From Chrysemys picta bellii (taxonomy: Eukaryota), in assembly GCF_011386835.1 (NCBI RefSeq), contig NC_088797.1, forward strand, positions 744,001 to 808,000: DNA of 64,000 bases, read 5' to 3'. Position 1 is the stretch's first letter; each line of letters begins with the position of its first letter. Under the pieces are notes generated by a model, which saw only the letters and a list, made by a program, of their open reading frames with translations, ran no database searches and had not been told where the DNA came from. Of this stretch, positions 23,800-34,128 are shown one piece after another. The position numbers and the translations under genes were made by a program.

Positions 23800-26700
23800 G
23801 GGATCAAGAGAAGGAGCTGGAGTTTGTAATGTGGGCAGGAAATGCAGCCTGGTGCTGCCTTCACTTGGGGGGTGGCTGGCAGGGCCAGGGCCTGGGGCCA
23901 GCTGCAGCCTCCACATCCCAGGAGGCAGCCCCCTTTCCGCTTGCCTTTGGCACACAGGGTTGCTGCTTGGCTTCTCTGGCCTGTCTCCTTTCCACAGCTG
24001 AAATGGGAAGTGGTGTGTGCAGCGCTCTGCCCTGCGCTGCGGGGTGGGTGGGCAGGTTGGGTGCTGTACTGGGTGGGGGGTGGGGGGCAGAGCTGGGCAC
24101 TACCCTGGCCCGGGTTATGGCATGGAGCTGGGCACTGCTCTGGGGGAGGGAGGTGGGTACTGCACTGGGCAGGGGAGGGAGGGCATGGAGCCAGGCACCC
24201 CCACCCTGGCAGAGGCGGTGAACAAGCTTCAGGCTGTAGGGTAGGGAGCAAGGCCTGTGGTCCAGCTGAATGGGGCTAGGCCCTGGGGAGGGACTGGCCA
24301 GACCCCAGTTCAGGCCTTGCCCGTGCCTATTTGTCCTTCCTTCCCAGGCCCCCCCAGAGACGTGCAGGCTCCAAGGCCTCTGCTGCCCTGCTGGAAACCC
24401 CTGGGCTGGTTTGCACCCTGGCAGCAAGGCAGTCACCTCCAGCAGTGAACCCGAGTGCTCGGGGCATGGCCCTCTGCCCTGCTCACCTGCTCTGAGGCCA
24501 GGAGCCCACCTGGCTGTGCCGGAGTCACCCTCCCGCAGGACTGGCCTCAGCTGAGGGCCCACAGCAGCAAGGGGCAGTGGGTTGCCCCATTCTGTTGGAC
24601 TCTGCCTGTGAAACTGTCCTGTGGGGGGCAGGGCGCATGTCTGAGGGCACCTGGCACTGCAGAAGGCAGGGGAGCCCCCCCAAGGACCCCACCCAGAGTG
24701 GAGAGGGGGCAGGGCAGAGAACGGTCACAGCAGTTCAGCCAGTGCTTTGGCTGTAGCCCCCGGGACTGAGGCAGAGAAGGAGCAAGGTGGGGGGAGGATG
24801 CCCTGAGACCATGGCGCAAGCGGTCGGGGGGCTGGAACTAGGAGTGCAGGGGTTTGCCGTGGTTTCCATCATATCCAGGGTTTGCAGTTTGGCTCAGCGC
24901 CCCTGCAAGCGGCCAGCCTGGCACTGGTGGGAGGGGAACATGATACAGCACGGTGTGGGGCGCAGTGGAGACAGGCCAGGACCTGCACCCTGATCCCTTC
25001 ACTGCAAGCTTCCCCCAAAGGCAGCCCCCCCCACCATGAGCAACCCCTTGGTTTCACTGCATCGGGACCAGCTGTAGGCTGGGCTCTCCGCCCCCCTGCT
25101 GGACTGGACCACTTCACAACACCGCAGTGGGGCTGGGGGAGGACACAGAGCACAGGACTGTCACACACAACCTGAGCGCACCCTACTAGACCATGTGTTC
25201 AGCTTCTGTGTCTCAGTGGGCTGCAGCACCCTGACCGTGGTGGCACAGACTCTGCCAGTTACCCTAGGCCCCCAGACCAGGGCTGAGCCCCCAAACTGCC
25301 CACTAGGCATTCTGGGATGCAGCTCGCCTCTTCAGAGCACTGCAGTGAAAGCAGCCAGACAGAGGTTCCAAACCCAGTCACTCTTCGCTACCACCAGCTA
25401 GTCAGACAAAATAAAACCCTGCCCAGAGCCCCTGCCTCAGTTCCTCACCCCTCTGGAGTGGCCAAGATCTCCTTCTGCAGCGACTCATGGGAGTCCCACT
25501 CTGCTGGCTGGGCCGACGGGCAGAAATGGCCCCTATGGCCCTGCTCTGGAAGCAGGATTCCCAGGCCTCTAGCATGGGCCTGGAGTCTCCAGGAATGAAA
25601 GATTAAGCTTTAATTAAAGATTGTGTCATGTAACCAAAACAGGCAGTGCTACCTGTGAGCGCCTCAGCGTTTATAAACCCCACCTCCAACACCTGGCTCC
25701 TCAGGCTGCTTCTGGGGATTCAACTGCTCCAAGCCCCCCCTTGCAGACTGTTCCCAGCACAGGCACCCGTCCCTGGGGGTACAACTGCCCCCCTCTCCCT
25801 GGGCTGGAGGGGGCAACCTCCACCTACATGGAGGTGTCCAATGATCCAGCAGTTTCATGTTTTGTACATGGATTCCCCCACATCCCCCAGGATGTACACT
25901 GGGAGTGCATACACCAGAAAGCCAGAGCCCCCCACACCTGCATCTGCCCTTGCCTGGGAGGATTTGGCACCATGGTTCGGATGCAGTCTGGGCACCTACA
26001 CCTTTAAAACACAGAAAATACCCTAGTTCTAACACACGGGAGCACAGGGTATCTGTGCTGGCCCCGCTGCTCTGATGTCTCCAGCAGCAGGACTCCATGG
26101 CCATGAACAGGGCACAAGGGGGCTGCCCTCTGGGGAGAAGCCCCTGAAGGCCACACTCACAGGCAGGGCCAGGGCCAGAGAAATTGTCTCTCCAAGGGGG
26201 CTTTCTGCTCTGTGGCCAGGAAGAGGCCTGCAGGGCCATGGCATTCAACAGCCTGTCAGGGCTCCCCTCCAAGCTGGGCCCTGTTCCCCCACCGGTCAAG
26301 CTGAACTGGGCCTGGGAGGGGTTCCTGCTGCACCCCACAGGGCAGCCTCACACCCAAGAGGGGGAAATGAACCGCTACTGCTCACAACTCCTTTGCAGAC
26401 TGGCAGCTCCTTGCAACAGCTTATTCCTAGTGGCAGCCAGTGCAAGGGCCTCTGGGACATGCTCACTGCTGCCGTCTCCCCCTGTGAAACCTGCTGGGCT
26501 GGGGGGGCCTGGATCTTTGAGTCCCTGCCCTCCGGGTTCTAGCCCCACCCGCCCAGGAGCACGGTGCCAGCACACACAGGGCTGTAAAGCTGCTCGGAGA
26601 CACCCCTCCCCGGAGCGTGGGGCGAGGTGCTGTCGCCGCATGGAGCGCCAGTGGGAGATGGGCTATGCTGTGTCTGCACGCAGTCGGGCTGGCCCCCCAG

Positions 26701-27419
26701 GCTAGCTGCAGGACGCACCCCTGCCAGGCAGGGCCACCACGGCTCTGCTCAAACAGCTGACTGTAACCCCAGCCCCACGAGCACCAGGGAACAGCAGGGG
26801 CGTAGCTGGGGCCACACTGGTTTGGTGGGACAATTGCAGGTGGGGGCAGCAGTGTGGGTCCTGCCTCCAAGGAGGGGCTGCTGATCCCAGCTGCTGGGGA
26901 GCACCGACCCTGTCCCTGACGCAGCGCTGAACACCCATGAAACAGAGGGGACATGGGACGGGCCAGGGAGGCCAAAGGCCCTTGCACAGGTGCAGCTGAC
27001 AGAACCAGAGGGGGTCACGAGACAAGACCCCAAACCAACCCTTTGGCAAGGCTGAGAAATGGGGGGTGGGGGGGCCTGGGGAAGAGCAGGAAAGGTCCCG
27101 AGTGGCAGAAGGATCCCTGCCAGCAGTGGGAGCTCCAGTTTGGGCCCTGTAAAGATCAATATGGCTAAACCCGAGAACCAGTCTGTTGGTGGCACACACC
27201 AGGTGGGGCGCCAGGGGGGCTGTCCTGCCACACCCCCACACCGAGAGGGAGGAGTCTGGAGCAGCAGCCCAGCGGCGCCAACATCCTGCACGGAGCCTTC
27301 CAGGAAGAGGGGGAAGGCTGTATGTTCACGGCTATTCAGCCACCCCGGAGACCGTCCCTGCGAGGAGTCCCACCAGCGGGACGCAGAGACCCGAACCTAG
27401 AGCTCTGGGGGCAGCCCCG

Positions 27420-30400
27420 TCACGGCGCACTCTGGTCCCCCGGGAGTCCCAGCAGATGGAGCGTCTGGAGGAAGAAGGGCGGCGGCGGCGCAGTGAGAAT
27501 CGCTGTCGGGAGCAGCAGCTGGTGCAGGTGGAGATGCAGTGGCAGGCGATGCAGCAGCTGCTGAGTGAGGCGCAGCCTGCGGAGCAGCTGCTCGCCCAGG
27601 ACCTGCAGAGAGAGAGAAATGGGGGCTCAGGAGCCCTCGAGTCGCCCCCCCCCCCCCGTGCGGCACAGCAGGGATCCCCTCTGGTGTCTGAACGTGGCAC
27701 TCAAAGGAGGCGACCAGGGCCAGGCCCCAGCTCTGCCAGCCGGCAGCACACAAGGGGGAGATGACATTGCTCTGTACAGATCCTCAGCCCATCCCACATG
27801 ACAGTGCAGAGGCTGCAGGACCTGAGGCTGAAAACCCTCCTCTGAAGAGCGACTGAGGACTGGGATTGCTAGTGCGGACTGAGGTGAGCAAGAGGGGTCT
27901 GGAGATTGGACACTCCCAGCTCCTAACACAGGGAGACTCAATGAAATTCTAAACTGAGAAAAGGAAAGAGTCACACAATGCGTAAATCATTTGTGGAACT
28001 CACTGCCACAGGATGGCCCTGAGGACACGGAGAAGGACTGGATGGTAGGCAGCGAAGAAGGGATATTCAACCAGCTCCCAGAGACCAGGAGGAGGCCTAG
28101 TATGAGGCAGGTCGTACCCCTTCCTCTGCAGCGTCTGGTCTGGACGCTGGGCCAGGTGACCCCCGGGTCTCAGCCAGTCTGGCAAGTCCTATGTTCACCC
28201 ACTCCGAGATGCCCCTCATTCCTGACCCGCAGCCCCCTGCTATCCCAGCCCTGGCCCCCTCCACGGCAGACCAGGCAAACCGCCCGGCATGCCAGGCTGA
28301 CGGGGGCTTTGCATGCAGGGCTCAGCAATGACTGGCCACCCGAGGCCATGCCACAGCTCCAGCCCGAGCCGTGGGACCACAGCACGCAACCAGCAAAGGG
28401 GTGCCGGTGGCGGGGCAGAGCCCGGTACCTGTGTGTGCGGCAGAGCGCTCCCCGCAGGCAGCAGAAAGGGCTCCCCTAGGACCGTGCCCACACGGGCAGA
28501 GTACACGTGGTCGCCCAGCGCAGGACACAGCAGCAGCGTCAGGTGCACCAGGAGCTGGCCGGGAAAGGCTGTGGCAAGGAGAGTCGGGGTTAATACGGGT
28601 ACCTCCCCCCCACCCTGCCCCCATCCATGGGCAGCAAACGCACCCTCAGCCCCTCCTGCCCAGGGCCCCTCCCTGACAAGGATGGCAGGAGACCTGGGTT
28701 GTCAGGAAGAGCTGAACATGCCCCACCTGTCATGGGCTGGAGCTGCACCAGGCCGCAGCCCGGAGCCGCGCCCAGCACCTTGTAGCGGGTCAGGGTTTGC
28801 TTCACCTCCTTCCTCTCCACGCTGCGTCGGGACGGCGCAGCCACCGGCACCACCTGCAACCAGAGCAGACCCAGGCGCTCAGGGAGAGGCTGGAGCCAGA
28901 GGGACTGGCCAGGCCCTGCAGCCATCCGCTCCCTGGGGCCCCACAGCCCTTTGCCCCCAGGACACAGCCCGCCGACTTAACTCTTTCCTTACCAGCTGCA
29001 GGTCCCCAACCTGCTCCAGCTTCAGTCCTGTGCGGATCTCCCCCTCCATGGCAGCTGGGACCCCGGCAGTGACAGCGCTGGGGGGAGGGAGAGGGGGTTA
29101 CAAGGTGGCTGGGCTCCGGGAGATGAGTGGGATGAGTTAGTGCCCTGGGGCTCCAGGACAGCGCAGTCTCTGGCACATGGCCAGGTGCCCCACTGCGGGA
29201 GGGGGACACTCCACTTGCCAGCAGGGGGCAGGAGCACTCTGCAGGATGGGGCCCACTCACCAGTACGTGGGCAGGGGAGGGGGTTTCACTCACCGGTACG
29301 TGGGCAGGGGAGGGGGTTTCACTCACCAGTACGTGGGCAGGGGAGGGGGTTTCACTCACTGGTAAGTGGCGGGGGGGCGCCCTGCTCTCCGGAGCTGCGT
29401 GAAGAACGCATGGAGCTGCTGCGTGGTTGCCGGGGCAGCTGGAGAGAAGCACGAGGCCAGAGCTGTCCCTGGAGGAGGGGGCGTCAGGTTCAGTCCCATG
29501 GCACAGACGGTGCCAGAGATGGGAACACAGCGCTGAGCTATGGAAAGGCAGCGCCCTGCTCCCCCAGCACTCTCCCCACCCCCTCAGGGTCCCTCCCTTC
29601 CCTGCCCCCCCTGGGCCAGGCCCTCCCTCCCCTGGCCTCCCTGCCCCACCAGAACCAGCCCCTCCCTCCCCTGACCACCCCCCATGGCCCCCCTTGCTGC
29701 CCCCCCTGCAGCCTTCCCCACCCCCAGAACCCCTCCCCACCCCTTTCCTCAGGGCCCTACCCTACCCACACCAACCAGGCCCATGCCCTCCCATTCCCCC
29801 CAACCAGCCAGCCCCCTTCCTTCCCTCACCTGCCCGCCCCAGCAACCAATGACCAAGCACCCACTCCTCTCCGTGGGGAGCCAATCCCGGCCCTTCCCCA
29901 CTCACTCACTTCCCAGCTGCTTTCACCACGTGGAGCTCAGGAGGGAGAGACAGCCTCTGGCTCAGGTCTGGGAGCAGCGAAACCAAACTCAGCTGCCCTG
30001 GACTGCCTGGGGGGGGGCACAGGGAAGGAGCCATGAGCATGGAGACCCGGCCCAACCCCCGACCCGTGTCACTCCTCCTGCTCTTGGGGCTGCGAGAGGC
30101 CAGGGGAACACCCCCTGCACCCCAGCTCCCCTCAGGCCGGGAGTGGAGGGACAAGCCCCTTCCTCCAGGCCTGGCACATGTGGGAGAAGTGAACCCCAAG
30201 CACTCACCTGTCACAGCCAGGCCCGGGGGCTTGCTGACGGCCACCAGTGGTCCTGAAACAAAGGAACAGGCCAGGTCAGGGAAAGCCGGGCAGCCCTCCC
30301 CAGCGTCCCAAACCCCTCTCCCTGGGCTTAAAGCCAGCCCAGACCCAGACCCAGGCACCCAGCCCGTGGCCGCACCCGCCGAGCAGCCAGCGCCCTCCCG

Positions 30401-31746
30401 CCCAGGCCTCAGCAGCCCCATCTCCCTGCACAGCAGGTCTGGCTGATTCCCCGCTGCCCCCCACGCTGCCCCCCGCCCCCCCCCCCAGTACCTGCCCCCC
30501 ACCCCAGTACCTGCCCCCCACCCCCAGTACCTGCCCGATACACAACCGCTGCCTCCAGCAGCCCCAGCGCCTCCTGCCGGCTCCGCGGCCCGGCTGGCCC
30601 CAGGGTGCTGCCTCTGCCCGGGCCATCGGCCGCCTGCCTCCCCGGGCCCCCCGGCCTCAGGGGCTGCTGGTACCTGGGGGAAGGAAGGAGCGAGGGGAGC
30701 TGGGACCGAGCCGCAGAACCAGTGAGCGGGGCCTGCTGGGGTGGAGACGGGAACCGCATCTAGTCCTAGCAACGCCCCCTGACTCCTTGGGGGGAACCCC
30801 AGCGCAGCCCCCCTCCCAGCCCCCCTCCCCCAGCACAGCCCCCTCCCTTGTACAGCCTCCCCTCCCCCTCCACAGCCCCCTCCCTGGCACAGCCCCCCAC
30901 CCTGTACAGCCTCCCCCTCCCCCCTCCACAGCCTCCTCCCCTGGCACAGCCCCCCACCCTGTACAGCCCCCCCTCCCCCTCCACAGCCCCCTCCCCTGGC
31001 ACAGCCCCCCACCTTGTACAGGCCCCCTCCCCCTCCACAGCCCCCCTCCACAGCCCCCCTCCCCCAGCACAGCCCCCTCCCTTGTACAGCCTCCCCTCCC
31101 CCTCCACAGCCCCCTCCCCTGGCACAGCCCCCCACCCTGTACAGCCCCCCTCCCCCTCCACAGCCCCCCACCCTGTACAGCCTCCCCTCCCCCTCCACAG
31201 CCCCCCACCCTGTACAGCCCCCCACCCCCTCCACAGCCCCCCACCCTGTACAGCCCCCCCTCCCCCTCCACAGCCCCCCACCCTGTACAGCCCCCCTCCC
31301 CCTCCACAGCCCCCTCCCCTGGCACAGCCCCCCACCCTCCACAGCCCCCTCCCCTGGCACAGCCCCCCACCCTGTACAGGCCCCCTCCCCCTCCACAGCC
31401 CCCTCCCCTGGCACAGCCCCCCACCCTGTACAGCCCCCCCTCCCCCTCTACAGCCCCCTCCCCTGGCACAGCCCCCCACCCTGTACAGCCCCCCCTCTAC
31501 AGCCCCCACCCTGTACAGCCCCCCTCCCCCTCCACAGCCCCCCACCCTGTACAGCCTCCCCTCCCCCTCCACAGCCCCCTCCCCTGGCACAGCCCCCCAC
31601 CCTCGCCACAGATACCCTCCCTTGTACAGCCCCCCCTCCCCCGGCGCATCCCGCCCGGGCTGCCCCCTCCCCACTCACCAGGCCGGGGCGCTGCTGGGGG
31701 CCCGGGGTCTCCCCCGCGCGCGGAGCAGGAGCCGGGGCACCGCCAT
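27420..31746 (-). CDS. RPUSD3: Mitochondrial RNA pseudouridine synthase RPUSD3 (~331 aa, 9 exons; one +1 indel)
   Basis: Exons 31746-31679 (MAVPRLLLRARG, Arg-rich presequence-like), 30673-30531, 30252-30208 (GPLVAVSKPPGLAVTG), 30006-29910, 29468-29360 (DSSGLVLLSSC), 29077-28993, 28853-28727 (TRYKVL...LVQLQPMT), 28568-28429 (LLCPALGDHVYSARVGTVLG) and 27602-27420 (LPLHLHLHQLLLP...PPPFFLQTLHLLGL). Phases are consistent once one base is removed. Confidence 0.93.
29254..29360 (-). repeat. 33-bp tandem repeat (3.2 copies) containing the RPUSD3 exon-5 splice donor
   Basis: CACTCACCAGTACGTGGGCAGGGGAGGGGGTTT starts at 29254, 29287 and 29320, with a partial copy at 29353. Confidence 0.95.
30800..31630. 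repeat. C-rich minisatellite filling RPUSD3 intron 1 (CACAGCCCCCCACCCTGTACAGCCCCCCTCCCCCTC variants)
   Basis: Many tandem variants. Confidence 0.9.
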
Positions 31747-31749
31747 GGA

Positions 31750-31935
31750 GCGCGTGCGCGGGGCCGGCCGGGGGGGGGGCGGGCGCTGGAGAACCGGAAG
31801 TGCCCGCACAGATCGGCCCTGCCCCCTGCGCTCCCGCCCCGGCTCCCGCGCCCCGAGCAGCCCCCCCTTCTCCCTAGATTGGGCGCTGCATCGCCCCCGG
31901 ACCGAGGCCTGCCCGCGGGGGGGGGGGAACCGGCC
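31750..31935 (-). promoter_or_regulatory. RPUSD3 CpG-island promoter
   Basis: CpG-rich segment directly 5' of the ATG, with ETS-like CCGGAAGT at ~31795. Confidence 0.6.
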
Positions 31936-31943
31936 TGGTGTGC

Positions 31944-32103
31944 GGAGACCTGGGGGTGCTGTGGGGTGCAGGGACCTGGGGGTGCTGTGGGGTGCGGAGA
32001 CCTGGGGGTGCTGTGGGGTGCAGGGACCTGGGGGTGCTGTGGGGTGCAGGGACCTGGGGGTGCTGTGGGGTGCGGAGACCTGGGGGTGCTGTGGGGTGCA
32101 GGG
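31944..32103. repeat. 26-bp minisatellite, ~6 copies (GACCTGGGGGTGCTGTGGGGTGCAGG)
   Basis: Direct tandem copies. Confidence 0.9.
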
Positions 32104-32319
32104 TCCCCGGCGATCTGCCCTGACCCAGAGCTTCCCCGCTGGGCTCTGGGTGCAGGTGTAACCCACACGTCTGGGCTGGTGTCTGTGACTGTCCCCTCCA
32201 GCCACACCGAGCCCACTGCGGGCTTGTCTACACCACACAGCTTTCAGGGACAAGAAGAAAAAAAAAGTTGTGAAAGCAGGAGGCCATATCTAGTTGGGCT
32301 CCACCGGGGTCAGGCCTGG

Positions 32320-32900
32320 CTCCTATACTAGTCAATATTTTCATTAATTACTTGGATAATGGAGCGGAGAGGCAGGTGACACCAAGCTGGGAGGGGTTGC
32401 AAGCCCTTTAGAGGGCAGGATTAGAATTCAAACTGACCTTGGAAACATGGAGAATTGGTCTGAATTCAACAAGATGAAATTCAATAAAGAGCAAAGCACT
32501 TCACTTAGGAAGGAAAAACCAAATGCACAACTACAGAGTGGGGACTAACCTTAGCAGGCAGTGGTACTGCTGCAATTTGGATCACAAATTGAATGCATCA
32601 ACTATGTGACACAGCTGCAAAAAAAAAAAGTGAATATTCTGGGGTGTATAACCAGGAGTGGGGTACCTAGGCTGCGCTCTGCTTGGCCCGGCTGTGCGCA
32701 ATTCTGGGGCTGCGCGTTAGGAAAGATGTGACAAAACACGAGAATCCAGGGGAGAGCAACACAAATGAAGACAGGTTTAGAAAACCTGCCCTGGGAGGAA
32801 AGGTTATAACCTGGGCCTGTTCAGTGCGGCCAAGGCAGGGCGGAGCGGGGTCGGTTCCGGGCTGTTAGGAAGAGGAGGGGTCCGTTGTTCTCCAGGCCCT
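32320..32900 (+). mobile_element. Old, degenerate CR1 LINE ORF2 fragment
   Basis: Decayed CR1 RT C-terminal motifs (TTTTCATTAATTACTTGG, GACACCAAGCTGGGAGG, AAGATGAAATTCAATAAAG, CACTTAGGAAGG). Confidence 0.7.
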
Positions 32901-33319
32901 GGAAGGAAGGACAAGGGGCCAAGTCTGCAGCAGGCGGATTTCGGTCAGATATCGGGGAACCCTTCTGGGGAGCAGCCGAGTGCGGGAGCCCCACACCCCA
33001 AGACGCAGGGCTTGGGGTCCTCGCCTGCGCCCAGACCGAGCCCTGACTCCTGCATGGCCTGCCCTGGGTGCTGCCCTGGCCCCGCCCCCTGGGCAATGGA
33101 CACGCCCCCGCTCCTCCCCTGCTGCGTCCTGGGCACGAGGCACAACCATAGATCCGGACCTCCCGCGGCAGAGACAAGCCCGCTACAGGGTAACCATAGA
33201 GTTGGCAAGAAAGGCCCGACGGATACCATAGAGTGACGCCGAGGTGATAGAGTGTCCTGGGCCCGGCCGGCTCCGTCCGTGGCAGGTGGGACAGCGGGGC
33301 TGGGGGGAGCCCGGGGCTG

Positions 33320-33930
33320 GGGGGGATCCCCAGCTATGGGGTGTGGAGGGGGGGGGATTGGGCTGGGGGAGGGGATCCCCAGCTATGGGGTGTGGGGGGG
33401 GATTGGGCTGGGGGAGGGGATCCCCAGCTATGGGGTGGGTGTGTGGGGGGGGATTGGGCTGGGGGAGGGGATCCCCAGCTATGGGGCGTGGTGTGGGGGG
33501 GATTGGGCTGGGGGAGGGGATCTCCAGCTATGGGGTGTGGAGGGGGGGGGATTGGGCTGGGGGAGGGGATCCCCAGCTATGGGGTGTGGAGGGGGGGGAT
33601 TGGGTTGGGGGAGGGGATCCCCAGCTATGGGGCGTGGTGGTGGGGGGGATTGGGCTGGGGGAGGGGATCCCCAGCTATGGGGTGTGGAGGGGGGGGATTG
33701 GGTTGGGGGAGGGGATCCCCAGCTATGGGGTGTGGAGGGGGGGGGATTGGGTTGGGGGAGGGGATCCCCAGCTATGGGGTGTGGAGGGGGGGGGGATTGG
33801 GTTGGGGGAGGGGATCCCCAGCTATGGGGTGTGGAGGGGGGGGGGATTGGGCTGGGGGAGGGGATCCCCAGCTATGGGGCGTGGTGGTGGGGGGGGATTG
33901 GGCTGGGGGAGGGGATCCCCAGCTATGGTG
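33320..33930. repeat. ~48-bp G-rich minisatellite (GGGGAGGGGATCCCCAGCTATGGGGTGTGGAGGGGGGGATTGGGCT), ~13 copies
   Basis: Tandem copies upstream of the JAGN1 first coding exon. Confidence 0.95.
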
Positions 33931-34128
33931 GGGTGGTTGCCTGTAGTCACAGGATCCGTGTAATCCCATGTGCTTTCACCGGTGGTGCCTGGGATTCCTG
34001 CCATGTTCCCACAGGATGATCAGGGGCGCAGAGCTCCTGTGGGTACTGATGTCCATACCCTGAATGGCAGCGTGTCCCCCTGGCTCACCCCGCCCATCTC
34101 TCTGGCAGGGCTTGGGCTGTCTAGCGCC

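Noticed and set aside
27186-27764. Plus-strand ORF with a coiled-coil, gag-like look (MERLEEEGRRRRSENRCREQQLVQVEMQWQAMQQLL)
   Set aside because: It is the antisense of the RPUSD3 last coding exon (27602-27420).
27930-28020. Short CR1-like 3' scraps (also ~6255-6300, ~41430-41560, ~41650-41720 and ~56230-56370)
   Set aside because: Too short and decayed to delimit with confidence; not listed as features.
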